Below are positions 18,795-29,805 of a stretch of 64,000 nucleotides of DNA, piece after piece. A model generated the notes under the pieces. The model worked only from the letters and a program-made list of their open reading frames with translations. It was not told the origin of the DNA and did no database searches. Numbering within the stretch: position 1 is the first letter of the stretch; every line of letters starts with the position of its first letter. The translations under genes and the position numbers were made by a program. This DNA is from Candidatus Sysuimicrobium tengchongense (lineage in GTDB: Bacteria; Sysuimicrobiota; Sysuimicrobiia; Sysuimicrobiales; Sysuimicrobiaceae): assembly GCA_031460175.1 (NCBI GenBank), contig JAVKGW010000010.1:15127-79126 (forward strand), read 5' to 3'.

Positions 18795-19742
18795 ATGAAC
18801 ATCGAGACGATCCTGTGGGTCGTGTTCCACGTGGTGGTGGCGGGAATGCTGGCCGTGGACCTGGGGGTGTTCCAGCGCACCCCCCACAAGCTCTCCCTGC
18901 GGGAGGCGGTGGCATGGAGCGTGGTGTGGATCGTGGCCGCCCTCTTCTTCAACGCGGGCGTTTGGGTTCTGGAAGGACCCCAGCGGGGGATGGAATGGCT
19001 CACCGCCTACCTCGTGGAGAAAGCCCTGAGCGTGGACAACCTCTTCGTCTTCCTCGTTATCTTCACATATTTCGGGGTGCCCGGCCACCTCCAGCCCCGG
19101 GTGCTTCTGTGGGGGGTGCTGGGCGCGGTGGTGATGCGGGCCACCCTCATCGTCGCGGGCGTGACCCTGGTGCACCTCTTCCACTGGATCCTGTACTTCT
19201 TCGGGGCCCTGCTGGTCTACACCGGCTGGAAGCTCCTCCGACACCGGGACGACGAGCCCGTGGACCCCTCCCGGAACCGGGTCCTGCACCTGGTGCGGCG
19301 GTACTTCCCCGTGACGGAGGACTACGGCCGGGGCCGGTTCTTCGAACGGCGGGACGGGAGGGTGTGGGCCACCCCCCTCTTCCTCGTGGTGGCGGTGGTG
19401 GAGAGTACCGATCTGATGTTCGCCATCGACTCCATTCCCGCGGTGCTGGCCATCACCCACGACCTGTTCATCGCCTACACCTCCAACATCTTCGCCATCC
19501 TGGGCCTGCGGGCGCTCTTCTTCGCCCTGGCCGGGATCATGGAGATGTTCCGGTACCTGAAGTACGGGCTCTCCGTGGTCCTCATGTTCATCGGCGTGAA
19601 GATGCTCATCGCGGATCTCTACAAGATCCCCATCGGGGTCTCCCTGGGCGTGGTGGCCACCATCCTGGCCGGCAGCGTGCTCGCCTCCCGTCTGATCCCG
19701 GCGCCGGAAGCGCCGGAGCCCCCGGCCTCCTCTCCGGAGTAG
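18795..19742 (+). CDS. TerC family integral membrane protein (Alx/YkoY-like, putative Mn exporter)
   Basis: ATG at 18795 (MNIETILWVVFHVVVAGMLAVDLGVF...) with GGAGCGGGGAG RBS. Multi-TM protein with TerC signatures (EKALSVDNLFVFLVIF, ESTDLMFAIDSIPAVLAIT). Confidence 0.85.
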   Translation: MNIETILWVVFHVVVAGMLAVDLGVFQRTPHKLSLREAVAWSVVWIVAALFFNAGVWVLEGPQRGMEWLTAYLVEKALSVDNLFVFLVIFTYFGVPGHLQPRVLLWGVLGAVVMRATLIVAGVTLVHLFHWILYFFGALLVYTGWKLLRHRDDEPVDPSRNRVLHLVRRYFPVTEDYGRGRFFERRDGRVWATPLFLVVAVVESTDLMFAIDSIPAVLAITHDLFIAYTSNIFAILGLRALFFALAGIMEMFRYLKYGLSVVLMFIGVKMLIADLYKIPIGVSLGVVATILAGSVLASRLIPAPEAPEPPASSPE

Positions 19743-19790
19743 TCGAAGCCCATGGTTCCGCGGGGTTGTGAGGCGCGGTAAGATGGGAAT

Positions 19791-20408
19791 GTGAGCCGGA
19801 TCGCCATCACCCTGGAGATCGTGGACACGGGAGAGGACCTAGGGGCCCTACCCTGCCTTTTCTCCCTGGAGATCGGGGGGCAGCCCGTCCTGCTGCTCGG
19901 GGAGTGCGCGCGGTCCCAGGGGATCCCCTCCCACGACGCCTCCTACGGGACCTACTCCCTCTTCGAGGCCACTCAGGGTCTCCTCCTCACCCTCCTGGCG
20001 GACCATCATCCCGTCCTGGACCCCGAAGACCCCTACGCGGCCCCCCTCTTCGTGGCGGAGTGCGGCATGGACTGCTGCGGATACCACGACCTCGGCATCT
20101 ACCACCGGGGTGGGGCCATCGTGGTGGAGGTTCCAGAACGGGGCCAGCGCTACACCGTGGAGGCCGCGGAGTACGCGGCGGCGGTGATGTCCGCGGTCCG
20201 GGGATTCCTGCAGCTGGCATTGGGGGAGAAGCGGCTGCGGGACGATGAGGCCTGGCACCTGTACGATCACCTCGCGTGGCTGGTGCGGCGCGTGGCCCAC
20301 GACGGGCCTGTGTCCATCCGCCAAGTGTGTCGCAAGTTCCTCGACGAGGCAGAAGAACAGATCCAGCAGGCCACTCAGCCCGTACAGGCCGTGCAGGGGA
20401 CTCACTGA
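19791..20408 (+). CDS. hypothetical protein (205 aa)
   Basis: GTG start, with genome-typical codon bias and GC3. No recognisable family. Convergent with the next gene, with stops 4 nt apart. Confidence 0.45.
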   Translation: MSRIAITLEIVDTGEDLGALPCLFSLEIGGQPVLLLGECARSQGIPSHDASYGTYSLFEATQGLLLTLLADHHPVLDPEDPYAAPLFVAECGMDCCGYHDLGIYHRGGAIVVEVPERGQRYTVEAAEYAAAVMSAVRGFLQLALGEKRLRDDEAWHLYDHLAWLVRRVAHDGPVSIRQVCRKFLDEAEEQIQQATQPVQAVQGTH

Positions 20409-20412
20409 ACGC

Positions 20413-20847
20413 TTACCGCTCGTACCAGATGGCCTGCGGCCGGAGGTTGCGCTGGATTCCCAGCTGCGTGGCCATGCGGTTGGTCCATGCCACGAACCCG
20501 TCGATGATCTCCAGGCACTCCTCCTCCACCTCTTCCGGGCTCAGGGGACCGTATTGCAGGCGGGCCAGCATGTCGCCGATGGCGCTGCAGAAGGCGCTGA
20601 TGTCGTCCAGCAGCTCCCGTCCGATCCGAAGGCCCTGCAGGCTCATCCCCGTAGGACGGCGGGCCCCGTCCCCGGAAAGCCGCCGGCGCTGCTGCGTGGC
20701 CCACTCGTTCAGTTCGTCCAGTACGAAGTACGCGTCCTCCGGCCCCCGTTCCATCACCAGGGTCACGAACCCCTGGCAGGCCCGCCAGGTCTGATGGATG
20801 ATCCCCGCGAGATACCGCTTGTCCTGAGCCTCCAGCTTCGGCGGCAT
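20413..20847 (-). CDS. hypothetical protein (144 aa)
   Basis: ATG at 20847 (MPPKLEAQDKRYLAGIIHQTWRACQGFVTLVMERGPEDAYFVLDELNEW...) with coding-like composition. No family recognised. Confidence 0.45.
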   Translation of the reverse strand: MPPKLEAQDKRYLAGIIHQTWRACQGFVTLVMERGPEDAYFVLDELNEWATQQRRRLSGDGARRPTGMSLQGLRIGRELLDDISAFCSAIGDMLARLQYGPLSPEEVEEECLEIIDGFVAWTNRMATQLGIQRNLRPQAIWYER

Positions 20848-21093
20848 GCTCCCTCTCCCTCATGGAGGACTTCGACCCGCCCGGCCGGCCTCCTCCCAAC
20901 CGCGCGGACAGCGAGACCAGGGTACAACGGCCAGCGAGGTCCGTCCAGGCGGCCTCCGCCACCGCACGCGGTAGATGCCTCCCCGGTCCTGCTCCGGATC
21001 CCGAACGAGGAACGGATCATCCAGGCGGTGAAAGAGGTCCTTGCGAAACGCCTGGTGGCCTAGATCCCACTCCCCAAAGCCGGGGCAGTCGGC

Positions 21094-21546
21094 CTAGGTC
21101 GAGTTCCGCAGGAACTCCAGGAGCCCTCGACAGCACGCCTCGATGAGGCGATACGTTCCCTCGAAGTCCCCGGTGACCCGGGGGTCCGGAATGTCCTCCG
21201 GAGTGCCCGGAGGCCCGAACGCCGACAGCAGTCGCAGCCTCCCCTCCGTGCCCGGGGGCGCCATGGCCCGCAGGACCTCCAGATTCGCGCGGTCCACGGC
21301 CACCACGAGGTCGTGCGCGCGGAGGTCCTCCGGCGTGACCAGGCGTGCCCGGTGATCCGTCCGCAGCCCGTGCCGCTCCAGGACCGCCAGGGTTGGAGGA
21401 GGAGGTGGATCCCCCACCCGGTAGTCCATGGTCCCCGCGGAGTCCACCTCGCACGGGATCTCCGCCTCCCTGCAGAGGGCCCGGAAGATGGCCTCCGCCA
21501 TGGGAGACCGAGCCATGTTCGCGGTGCAGACGAACAGGATCCTCAT
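21094..21546 (-). CDS. low-molecular-weight protein tyrosine phosphatase (LMW-PTP / ArsC-like fold)
   Basis: A 150-aa product from the internal Met of ORF 21094..22053 (MRILFVCTANMARSPMAEAIFRAL..., a CX5R P-loop plus the later DSAGT motif). ATG at 21546 overlaps the ctaA stop (ATGA). Confidence 0.8.
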   Translation of the reverse strand: MRILFVCTANMARSPMAEAIFRALCREAEIPCEVDSAGTMDYRVGDPPPPPTLAVLERHGLRTDHRARLVTPEDLRAHDLVVAVDRANLEVLRAMAPPGTEGRLRLLSAFGPPGTPEDIPDPRVTGDFEGTYRLIEACCRGLLEFLRNST

Positions 21547-22406
21547 CTCCGTGCCCCCTCCAGGCAGAAGACCGTCACCACCGCACCCCAGATGAGGGCT
21601 GCCAATGCCAGGTGCACGGAGACCACCGCGGGATGCAGCAGGAACCACTTGTTGAGGGCGCCCACCAGGATCTGGAGCCCGTAGAGGGCGGCGGCAAGGT
21701 GTGCGGCCCTCCGGGGTCCGGGAGTGAGGGATCGGGTGCGCCTCACGAGCCCCGCCAAGAGCACAAGTCCCACGAGGGCGAGCACCCGGTGGGTGAAGTG
21801 CACGTGCACCCCTGGAAGCGGGGGCGGGAGGATCCGTCCCCGGCACAGGGGCCAGTCCGGGCAGGCGAGTCCCGCGGCACTCGCCCCCACGTACCCACCC
21901 AGGAGGATGAGGAGATAGAGCGTTCCGAGCACCAGGAGGATGTACGGCCGGAGACCTCCGCCCCGCGCCACAACCCCGGAGGCCCGGAAGGCGAGAGCCA
22001 GCAGGACGGCGAGCACCAGAAGCGCCAGTCCCAAGTGCACCACCACGGTCCAATCCTCAAGCCCGCTCAGGACCACGACGCCTCCCACGAGCCCCTGCAC
22101 CGCCACAAGCGCCAGGGCCGTCCACGCAAGCGGACGAAGACCGGGTGGCTCCGGAAGGCGGTGGGCCCAGACGACGGCTCCCGCGGTCAGCAGGCCCACG
22201 CCGCTCGCCACGAGCCGGTGGGCGTACTCCAGGAGCACCCTGGGCTGTGGCGGCGGGATGATCCGACCGTGGCAGAGGGGCCAGTCCGGACACGCGTCCC
22301 CGGAGCCCGTGGTCCGCACGACGCCGCCCAGGACGATGAGGGCATACGTGAGGCCCACCAGGACCGCCGCGTACCGGGCGAACGCCCTCGCGCGTGGGAT
22401 GGGCAT
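21543..22406 (-). CDS. ctaA: heme A synthase (CtaA/COX15 family)
   Basis: Eight-TM protein with two CPDWPLC motifs (GSGDACPDWPLCHGRIIPP and AAGLACPDWPLCRGRILPP) plus conserved His residues, characteristic of type-1 heme A synthases. Confidence 0.8.
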   Translation of the reverse strand: MPIPRARAFARYAAVLVGLTYALIVLGGVVRTTGSGDACPDWPLCHGRIIPPPQPRVLLEYAHRLVASGVGLLTAGAVVWAHRLPEPPGLRPLAWTALALVAVQGLVGGVVVLSGLEDWTVVVHLGLALLVLAVLLALAFRASGVVARGGGLRPYILLVLGTLYLLILLGGYVGASAAGLACPDWPLCRGRILPPPLPGVHVHFTHRVLALVGLVLLAGLVRRTRSLTPGPRRAAHLAAALYGLQILVGALNKWFLLHPAVVSVHLALAALIWGAVVTVFCLEGARR

Positions 22407-22475
22407 CGGTCTTGCGCTCTGTGCGCCTCTCGGACAAACTGGACACGAACCGCCCTCATTCTACCGGAGGAGAGC

Positions 22476-22985
22476 GTGATCGCACACGGGGAATTGCCGA
22501 GAAGCGGCCGCCACATCTTCGGAGTGGGATTCGCTGCGACCGCCACCACCCTGCTCGTCTCCCTCTTCACGGTCCTGTGGGGATTGGGGCGCGCCGTCAT
22601 GCATCCGGAGGCCACGGATTTCCTCACCCGGTGGTTCCTGGGTCTGTGGGACAACCTGGTGCTGGACCGCACACGGGCGGCCTTCAGCTGGTCCCTGGTG
22701 GCGTTTGCCCTCACGGGGATCCTCTACGCGTACCTCTACGCCCTCGCCTTCGGCCCCGTGTTCTACCGGGCGGAGGCCCTGGCCGCGCGGCCTTGGCTGT
22801 GCGGATTGCTCTTCGCGCCCGTCCCGTGGCTCCTGACCCTGTTCGTGACCTTGCCGCTTGTGGGTGCAGGGTTTCTGGGAAGTGCCCTCGCCTCCGGCGG
22901 GTTTGTCTGGCTAGCGCTCCTGGCCCATCTCCTGCACGGTCTATTGCTGGGCATCTGGTTTGACGCCACGGCCCGGCCGGGCTAG
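22476..22985 (+). CDS. hypothetical membrane protein (169 aa)
   Basis: Only the C-terminal part of the 546-aa table ORF 21345..22985 looks coding. GTG at 22476 preceded by GGAGGAG. Four predicted TM helices ([23 protein letters not shown]...). Divergent from ctaA, and convergent with tkt with a 4-nt overlap. Confidence 0.5.
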   Translation: MIAHGELPRSGRHIFGVGFAATATTLLVSLFTVLWGLGRAVMHPEATDFLTRWFLGLWDNLVLDRTRAAFSWSLVAFALTGILYAYLYALAFGPVFYRAEALAARPWLCGLLFAPVPWLLTLFVTLPLVGAGFLGSALASGGFVWLALLAHLLHGLLLGIWFDATARPG

Positions 22986-25033
22986 GTCTCCTCTAAGAGC
23001 TCCAGGCTCAACCGCTCAAGGCGATCCGGGGTGAACCCGAGCCGCTCCGCGATCACCGGGTAGGGCGCGGAGGCCCCGAACCGGTCCAGGGCCACGATCC
23101 GACCCCGGCAGCCCACGTATCGCTCCCACCCGAGGGGACTTGCCGCCTCTACCGCGATGCGGCGCGCCACGTGCGGAGGCAGCACGGCCTCCCGATACTC
23201 CCGGGGTTGGGTATCGAACAGCTCCCAGCACGGGAGGCTGACCACCCGGGCCCGGATGCCCCGGCGTACCAACCGCTCGTACACTTCCACGCACAGCGCA
23301 ACCTCGGATCCGCTGGCGAGGAGGATGAGTTCCGGAGGGCCCTCCCCGGAGTCCGCCAACACGTATCCTCCCCGGCGCAGGCCGCTTGCGGGCGCGTACC
23401 GGGCGCGGTCGAGGGTCGGGACCGGTTGCCGGGTGAGCACCAGAGCCACGGGGCCCGCGGTGTGCTCCATGGCCACCCGCCAGGCCTCCACGGTTTCGCC
23501 CGCGTCCGCGGGCCGGATCACGAGGAGGTTGGGGATGGCCCGGAGGGAAGGGAGGTGCTCCACGGGCTGATGGGTGGGGCCATCCTCGCCCACGAAGACC
23601 GAGTCGTGCGTGAAGACGTAGATGACGGGAAGCTCGCTCAGGGCTGCGAGCCGGATCGGGGGACGCATGTAGTCGCTGAACACGAGGAAGGTGGCCGCGA
23701 AGGGGCGCACCCCGCCGTGGGCCGCAAGCCCGTTCGCGATCGCACCCATGGCGTGCTCCCGGACTCCGAAGTGCAGGTTGCGGCCGCGGTAGTCCACGGG
23801 GCCGCCGCTACGGCCCTGAGGATCCCCGATGCGGCGCGCGGGGCTCTGGAAATCCCCAAGCCCCCTCATGGCGGTGTTGGTGGAGGGGTTGAGATCCGCG
23901 GAGCCGCCCACCAACCACGGCACGCGCGGCGCGATGGCATTGAGGATCCGCCCGCTGGCCGCACGGGTGGCGAGGTGCTCTCCCGCCGGGAAAGCGGGCA
24001 ACTCCCGGTCCCATCCTTCGGGAAGCTCGTGACGGTGCGCGCGGTGCCAGAGGGCGGCGAGATCCGGGTAGGCCTGGGCCCATGCCTCGAAGGTCCGTCG
24101 CCACTCCGCCTCCCACCGCTCTCCCCGCTCCACCGCCTTCCGGAAATGCCGCAGTGCCTCTTCCGGGACCGTGAAGGGCTCCTCATAGGGCCAGCCCAGG
24201 TTCCGCTTGGTGATCCGGACCCCTTCCTCTCCCAGGGGTGTTCCGTGGACCTCATAGGACCCCTCTTTGGGGCTCCCGTAGCCAATCCGGGTGTGGATCA
24301 GGATCAGGGAGGGCCGATCCAGCTCCTCCCGGGCCGCGCGGATGGACGCCTCGATGGCTTCGAGATCGTTGCCGTCCGGGACGTCCTGCACGTGCCATCC
24401 GTACGCCTCGAACCGCTTCGCCACCTCCTCCGTGAAGGAAAGGTCCGTGCTCTCGCTCAGGGTCACCCGGTTGCAATCGTACAGGTAGACGAGCTTGCCG
24501 AGCCGTAGGTGCCCCGCGAGGCTGGCGGCCTCCGCGGCCACCCCTTCCATGAGGTCGCCGTCCGAGACCATGGCGTACACGTAGTGATCCACGATCTCGT
24601 ACCCGGGACGGTTGAACACCGCGGCGAGGTGGCGCTCCGCGATGGCCATGCCCACCCCGTTCCCGAAGCCCTGCCCGAGCGGCCCTGTGGTCACCTCCAC
24701 GCCCGGGGTGAGGCGACGCTCCGGGTGTCCCGGGGTGCGGCTTCCCCACTGCCGGAAATTCCGGAGATCCTCCAGGGAGAGATCGTAGCCCGTGAGGTAT
24801 AAGAGGGCGTAGAGGAGCATGGAGGCGTGGCCCGCGGAGAGCACGAACCGATCGCGGTCGGGCCAGTCCGGGTTCTTCGGGTTGTGCTTCAGGAATTTCG
24901 TCCACAGGACATAGGCAGCGGGCGCGAACCCCAGCACCGCCCCCGGGTGTCCGGAGTTGGCCCGCTGGATGGCGTCGAGGGCCAACGTTCGGATGGTGTT
25001 GATGCACAGCTCGTCCAGCGCCCGGTCCTCCAT
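22982..25033 (-). CDS. tkt: transketolase
   Basis: A 683-aa product from the internal Met of ORF 22982..25234 ([44 protein letters not shown]...[13 protein letters not shown]...). ATG at 25033 with AGGAGG RBS. Confidence 0.92.
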   Translation of the reverse strand: MEDRALDELCINTIRTLALDAIQRANSGHPGAVLGFAPAAYVLWTKFLKHNPKNPDWPDRDRFVLSAGHASMLLYALLYLTGYDLSLEDLRNFRQWGSRTPGHPERRLTPGVEVTTGPLGQGFGNGVGMAIAERHLAAVFNRPGYEIVDHYVYAMVSDGDLMEGVAAEAASLAGHLRLGKLVYLYDCNRVTLSESTDLSFTEEVAKRFEAYGWHVQDVPDGNDLEAIEASIRAAREELDRPSLILIHTRIGYGSPKEGSYEVHGTPLGEEGVRITKRNLGWPYEEPFTVPEEALRHFRKAVERGERWEAEWRRTFEAWAQAYPDLAALWHRAHRHELPEGWDRELPAFPAGEHLATRAASGRILNAIAPRVPWLVGGSADLNPSTNTAMRGLGDFQSPARRIGDPQGRSGGPVDYRGRNLHFGVREHAMGAIANGLAAHGGVRPFAATFLVFSDYMRPPIRLAALSELPVIYVFTHDSVFVGEDGPTHQPVEHLPSLRAIPNLLVIRPADAGETVEAWRVAMEHTAGPVALVLTRQPVPTLDRARYAPASGLRRGGYVLADSGEGPPELILLASGSEVALCVEVYERLVRRGIRARVVSLPCWELFDTQPREYREAVLPPHVARRIAVEAASPLGWERYVGCRGRIVALDRFGASAPYPVIAERLGFTPDRLERLSLELLEET

Positions 25034-25107
25034 CCCCGCCTCCTGGACCGTACTCACCCCTCCACGATAGCAGGAGCTCTCCGGATCCGGAACGAAAGCC
25101 GCAAACC

Positions 25108-27918
25108 ATGGCCGGTTTTTCGGAACCCGACCTGAACTGGGAAGCGGCCACGGAATCGGAACTGCGGGCACGGTTTGGCCCACCCACCCCGGAGCGGGTG
25201 GAGACCTTGAAGGACCTCCTGGACCGCCTCGCACACCGTGCCCCCGGAATGGCCCTGCGCGGCGCCCGCATCCTGGTGGCGTACGCGGCGTCCGGGGATG
25301 CCGCCTGCCGGGCGCTGGCCCAACTCGCCCTCGCCAATGCCCTCCTGTGGACGGACCGGATCCGGGAAGCCGTATCGGCCTACGACAAGGCGCGGATGTA
25401 CGCGGAGGAGGCCGCGGATCCGGTGCTCGGAGCCCGGTGCGGGATCGGGAAGATGGGAGCCCTCTTCCTCCAGGGACGCACGGAGGAGGCCCTCGCCCTG
25501 GCGGACGCCATCGAGCCGGTGCTGGCCGCGGCGGATCAACCGCTCCTCCTGGCCCGCGTCCTCAGCCAGCGGGCCACCGTTCTCAAGCACCGGGGAGACC
25601 TGGAAGGGGCCGCGGGCGCCTACGCCCGGGCCATCGCCCTCCTGCGGGGCGTGGAGGGGGGTGCTCTGGACCTGACCATCGCCCTCCACAACCTCGCCCT
25701 CGGCCTCCTGCGCCTCGGCCGGGGAGAAGAGGCTCTCCAGCGGCTGGAGGAGGCCCGAGAGGCTGCCCGGGAGGCCCGCAGCACCCTCTGGGAGGCCCGG
25801 GTTGCGGCCGCGGTCGGAGAGCTGGACACCCATCTGGGCCGGTATGCCCGGGCCATCGCCGCCTTCGAGCAGGCCGCGGAGCTGTACGAGCGGGTCGGGG
25901 TAGCCGCCACCGCGGCCATGTACCGGTTGCGGGCGGTAGAAAGCTGGCTGTACCTGGGCCGGTGGGAACGGGTGGAGCAGGAGGCCGGCGCGCTGGCGAA
26001 GGATCTCCATGCTCGGGGGTTTGCGGCGGAGGCCGCGCGGGCCCGCTATCTCCTGGCCCTGGCTTACCGGCAGGCCGGGCGATGGACGGAGGCGGAGGCG
26101 CTGCTGCGCCAAGCGACTTCCTCCTTTGCAAGCTCCCAGCGCACCCTGTGGTGGGCCGCCGGGCTCGCGGAACTGGCCGCCCTCCTCCTCCGCAGGGGAG
26201 CGGTGGAAGAGGCGGCGTCTCTCCTGCAGGAGGTGCGCGCCGAGGGTGCCCCGCAGGACACCATCGGGTTCCTGCGCGTCCTCCTGGTGGAGGCGGACCT
26301 GTACGCGGCACGGGGAGACCTGTCCGCGGCGGAGCGGGCCGCCCGAACAGCCCTGCGCGTCGGCCGGCGGCTTCGCCTGCCGTGGGCCTGTGCCCTCGCC
26401 CACCGCCGGCTCGCCCGGCTGAGCCCCTCGCCGGCGCGGCGGAGGGCTCATCTCCTAAGCGGGATCCTCCATGCCCACCGCCTTCTCGCGGCGGTTCCCG
26501 CGGACCTGCGGTGGAGCACCTACCGAGAGTTCCAGCAGCTGTACGGGGAAGGCCTGCGGGCCCTGGTGGAGGCGGGACAGCCGGAGCGAGCCTGGGCGGT
26601 GGCGCAGGGCATGAAGGCCCAGGGCATGGCCCAACTCCTCACCCGAGACCCCACGGCCCATCTGCGCGCCCGCTCCGCGTCCGAGGAGTCCCTCGTCGAG
26701 GAGCTGCGGCGCGTGCATACCCAGTACCGCGTCCTCGCCTCCAGACCCCTTGACCCATCCGTGGACCCCGCAGCCCTCAGGGCCCTGGAGCGTCGGGTCC
26801 ACGAGCTCGCGGAACGGCTCGCGGTCCACGGCACGGCCCTGGACGAGGCGGTCCTCCTGGGCTTCCCGCGTCCCCCGGAGCGGCCGTCCCTCGATCCCGA
26901 AACGGCCCTGGTGGAGTACGTGGCAACCCACGACGAGCTCCTCGCGTTCTGCCTGCGGGACCGGCGTGTTCGGAGCTTCCGGGACCTGGCGCCTTTGCCG
27001 GAAGTTCACCGACTCGCCCGCTGGCTCGGGCTTGGCCTGCACGCGTACGCCTCCGGCCACCTGAAACCGCAGGAGGCGCTTGCACAGATCACCCGGGTCC
27101 TCCGGGACCTCTACGCCCTCCTCCTACGGCCTATGGAGCCCGATCTGACGGGGTGCCGGCGGCTCATCCTCGCCCCGAGCGGTCCCCTGTTCGGGCTCCC
27201 CTTCCATGCCTTCCCCCGGGGGGACCGGTGTGTGTGGGAGGATTGGGAGGTGAGTTACATCCCCGCGGGCTCCCTCCTTCCCCTCCTGGACCGCCGGATC
27301 CCCGGCCGGGGACGTGCGGTGCTCTTCGCGAGCACCCACGGTGGTCGGCTCCCGCAGACCGTGGAGGAGGTGGCGCGGGTCGCCCGCTGGATCCCCGCCC
27401 GGGTGATCCGGGAGCCCACGCGCGAGGTTTTCCTGGCGGAGCTCCGCACTTGCGCGCTCATTCACTTCGCGGGCCACTGCGTGTTCCGGCACGAGGCACC
27501 GCTGCTGTCCGCCCTCCACCTCGCGGACGGTCCCCTCACCCTGCTGGACCTCCTGGAGGTGCCCGCACGGGCAGATCTCGTGGTGCTCAGCGGCTGCAGC
27601 ACCGGAGTCCACGCGGTGCTCCCGGGGGACGAGTTCTTCGGGTTCGCGCGGGCCTGGCTCCGAGCCGGGGCCCGGGGGCTGGTGCTTTCTCTATGGCCAG
27701 CGGAGGACCAGTCCACGTGCCAGCTCATGGAGGTCTTCTACCGGGAACTCCTGCGCGGCGCACCTCCCCCCGCGGCCCTGCGGACCGCGGCGCTCCAGGT
27801 GCGGGAGGGGTTCCCCCATCCCCTGCACTGGGCCGGATTCCTCTTCATGGGCTCTCCGAAACTCCGGCTGCAATCCGTTGAATTTCCGGAGACTCCAGGG
27901 AGGAGGGGAGGAGAATGA
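25108..27918 (+). CDS. TPR-repeat / CHAT-domain (caspase-like) protease, 936 aa
   Basis: ATG at 25108. The N-terminal about 600 aa is Ala/Leu/Arg-rich TPR-like helical repeat sequence. The C-terminal domain carries CHAT hallmarks: ...[17 protein letters not shown]..., catalytic His context IHFAGHCVF and catalytic Cys context [11 protein letters not shown]. Confidence 0.85.
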   Translation: MAGFSEPDLNWEAATESELRARFGPPTPERVETLKDLLDRLAHRAPGMALRGARILVAYAASGDAACRALAQLALANALLWTDRIREAVSAYDKARMYAEEAADPVLGARCGIGKMGALFLQGRTEEALALADAIEPVLAAADQPLLLARVLSQRATVLKHRGDLEGAAGAYARAIALLRGVEGGALDLTIALHNLALGLLRLGRGEEALQRLEEAREAAREARSTLWEARVAAAVGELDTHLGRYARAIAAFEQAAELYERVGVAATAAMYRLRAVESWLYLGRWERVEQEAGALAKDLHARGFAAEAARARYLLALAYRQAGRWTEAEALLRQATSSFASSQRTLWWAAGLAELAALLLRRGAVEEAASLLQEVRAEGAPQDTIGFLRVLLVEADLYAARGDLSAAERAARTALRVGRRLRLPWACALAHRRLARLSPSPARRRAHLLSGILHAHRLLAAVPADLRWSTYREFQQLYGEGLRALVEAGQPERAWAVAQGMKAQGMAQLLTRDPTAHLRARSASEESLVEELRRVHTQYRVLASRPLDPSVDPAALRALERRVHELAERLAVHGTALDEAVLLGFPRPPERPSLDPETALVEYVATHDELLAFCLRDRRVRSFRDLAPLPEVHRLARWLGLGLHAYASGHLKPQEALAQITRVLRDLYALLLRPMEPDLTGCRRLILAPSGPLFGLPFHAFPRGDRCVWEDWEVSYIPAGSLLPLLDRRIPGRGRAVLFASTHGGRLPQTVEEVARVARWIPARVIREPTREVFLAELRTCALIHFAGHCVFRHEAPLLSALHLADGPLTLLDLLEVPARADLVVLSGCSTGVHAVLPGDEFFGFARAWLRAGARGLVLSLWPAEDQSTCQLMEVFYRELLRGAPPPAALRTAALQVREGFPHPLHWAGFLFMGSPKLRLQSVEFPETPGRRGGE

Positions 27919-29321
27919 ACGGCCGCTGGCGGTATCTCGACGCGCACGTCCTCTTCGCGGGTCCCGCGGAGATCCTCTCCGCGCTGGAACGGGATCACCC
28001 GGTTCGATGCATCGCGTGCAAGACCACCCCTCGGCACGCTCTCGTCCCGCTCCGGGAGGGCCGCACCACCCGATGGGCCCGGGTCCCGATCCCCTCCTTT
28101 TCCATCTCCCCCTCCGGCTGGACCCTCCAGAGTTACGTGGTCGAACCGGACGACCTTCCCCCGCGCGACCTCCTGCGCCGGTTGCTCCGCGCCCGCGGCC
28201 CCCTGGACGCCCCCCTCCTTGGTTCCCTGGACTTCGAGGCGCGCGGCCAGGTGGACGGGGTGCACGGGAGTCCTACCCCGGATCAGGCCATCCGGATGCC
28301 GGAGGCCACGGAGGCGGAGTTCCGCACGCAGGTGGCCTTCGAGCGCATCGGGTTGCTGCGCATGGAGCGGGCATCGCACCGACCGCGGGGAGCCGGGGTG
28401 ACCGTGGTCATCCTGGACAGCGCCCCGGACCTGTACCGGGACGAGCCGGCCTTCGACGCGGGGCTCGTGGACGTGTACGTGGAGTGGCCCCACCGCCTCC
28501 CCGAAGACCTGCCCGCGCTGCGCACCGTAGAGGAGGTCGAGGAGGAGGGGTGCGGGCTCACCGAGCGCCGGCGGTACCGGGCCTCCTCCCCCCTCGTGGC
28601 CGGTGCGGACGAGATGGTCCGGTACCGGGCGCACCACGGGGTGATGATCGCCTCCCTCGTGCGCCGCATCGCACCGGAAGCGAACATCGTGCTCGTGCGG
28701 TTGCTGAACGGGGCGCTCGGGACCCTGACGGGGGACCTCATCGAGGCCATGCGCTGGGTGCGCCACCTGCGCCGGGTGCCCCATCCCTCCGGCCCGCGCC
28801 CCCTGGTGTACGGAAGCCTGGTGTACAACCTGAGCCTGGGCGTGGATCGGTCACAGCCGGAAAGCGTGCAGTCCTGTGTCCTGCTGTGGGCCACGGACGA
28901 GGCCGCCCGGGCAGGCGCGGTCCTCGTGTGTGCCGCGGGCAACCTCTCCGAAGGACGCCCGGAGAACTGCCTTGAGCCCGCGGCCTACGGGCACTTCGGG
29001 GATACCCTGATCGCCCGTACCCAGGTGATCCCCGTGGCCGCCAGCAGCTACGCATCCCCGGAGCGCTACGCGTGGTTCAGCAACGAGGCCCACTTCGCGG
29101 CGCCCGGCGAGGACCTCATCCTGGATTGCGGCGCGGAGGTGGCGGGAGCCCGGTATGTACGGTGGTCGGGGACTTCCTTCTCCTCTGCCCTGGTTACAGG
29201 AATCGTGGCCCTGCACCTCAGCGCGGGCCTTCCCCCGTACGAGGTCAAGCAGCGTCTGTGGGAGGATGCCCGTCATCCCCGATCCTGGGACGGCGTGCAC
29301 CTGGTGCAGACGGGTGTGTAG
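27915..29321 (+). CDS. intracellular subtilisin-like serine protease (peptidase S8) with about 165-aa N-terminal domain of unknown function
   Basis: ATG at 27915 overlaps the CHAT gene stop (ATGA), with a strong GGGAGGAGGGGAGGAG RBS. S8 catalytic triad motifs are present: VVILDSAPD (Asp), HGVMIASLV (His), AAGNLS (oxyanion Asn) and SGTSFSSALVTGIVAL (Ser). No signal peptide. Confidence 0.85.
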   Translation: MNGRWRYLDAHVLFAGPAEILSALERDHPVRCIACKTTPRHALVPLREGRTTRWARVPIPSFSISPSGWTLQSYVVEPDDLPPRDLLRRLLRARGPLDAPLLGSLDFEARGQVDGVHGSPTPDQAIRMPEATEAEFRTQVAFERIGLLRMERASHRPRGAGVTVVILDSAPDLYRDEPAFDAGLVDVYVEWPHRLPEDLPALRTVEEVEEEGCGLTERRRYRASSPLVAGADEMVRYRAHHGVMIASLVRRIAPEANIVLVRLLNGALGTLTGDLIEAMRWVRHLRRVPHPSGPRPLVYGSLVYNLSLGVDRSQPESVQSCVLLWATDEAARAGAVLVCAAGNLSEGRPENCLEPAAYGHFGDTLIARTQVIPVAASSYASPERYAWFSNEAHFAAPGEDLILDCGAEVAGARYVRWSGTSFSSALVTGIVALHLSAGLPPYEVKQRLWEDARHPRSWDGVHLVQTGV

Positions 29322-29403
29322 GACCGCCGTCAGCAGCCGGCCTTCACTCCCGTGTGAACGATCCGGGCATCCTTGATCGTAGAGGAAAAACGGAGGTGAG
29401 ACG

Positions 29404-29805
29404 GTGCGCAAGATGGGCGTACTCCTCCTGGTGTTGGTCCTGATGGCAGGGGCTTGGGCATGGAGGCCGGCCCGGGCGGCCCCTGCCCCCGCGGATCGAT
29501 TCGTCTGCCGGGATCCCGCGATCCGTTCCCAGATCGAGGCGGTCTACGACCGACACCGTACCAACCTGCGCAATGCCCGGCTGCGGGTGGAGGACGAGCG
29601 ATATGCCCTGCGGCGGCTGCTGCTCTCCCCACAGGCCACCCGGCAGCAGGTGGAGGCCCAGGCTGCGCGTCTGGCGGAGGCCCAGACGGCCCTGCAGCGG
29701 GCCCGGCTTAGCTTCCTCCTCGACCTCCGGGAGGGCATCCCCGCGGATCGCCGGGAACAGGTTCTGCGCTGCGTGCTGGGGCCTGGGCGGGGATTCCGAC
29801 GGTAG
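29404..29805 (+). CDS. exported Spy/CpxP/ZraP-like (LTXXQ-motif) periplasmic protein, 133 aa
   Basis: GTG at 29404, 7 nt after GGAGGT. Signal peptide VRKMGVLLLVLVLMAGAWAWRPARAAPA. Helical repeats with LSPQATRQQVEAQAARLAEAQTALQRARLSFLLDLREGIPADRREQV resemble CpxP/Spy. Confidence 0.5.
   Translation: MRKMGVLLLVLVLMAGAWAWRPARAAPAPADRFVCRDPAIRSQIEAVYDRHRTNLRNARLRVEDERYALRRLLLSPQATRQQVEAQAARLAEAQTALQRARLSFLLDLREGIPADRREQVLRCVLGPGRGFRR

Noticed and set aside
21345-22985. 546-aa plus-strand ORF
   Set aside because: It is antisense to the PTP and ctaA genes for most of its length. Only the last 169 codons from GTG 22476 have an RBS and TM-helix composition.
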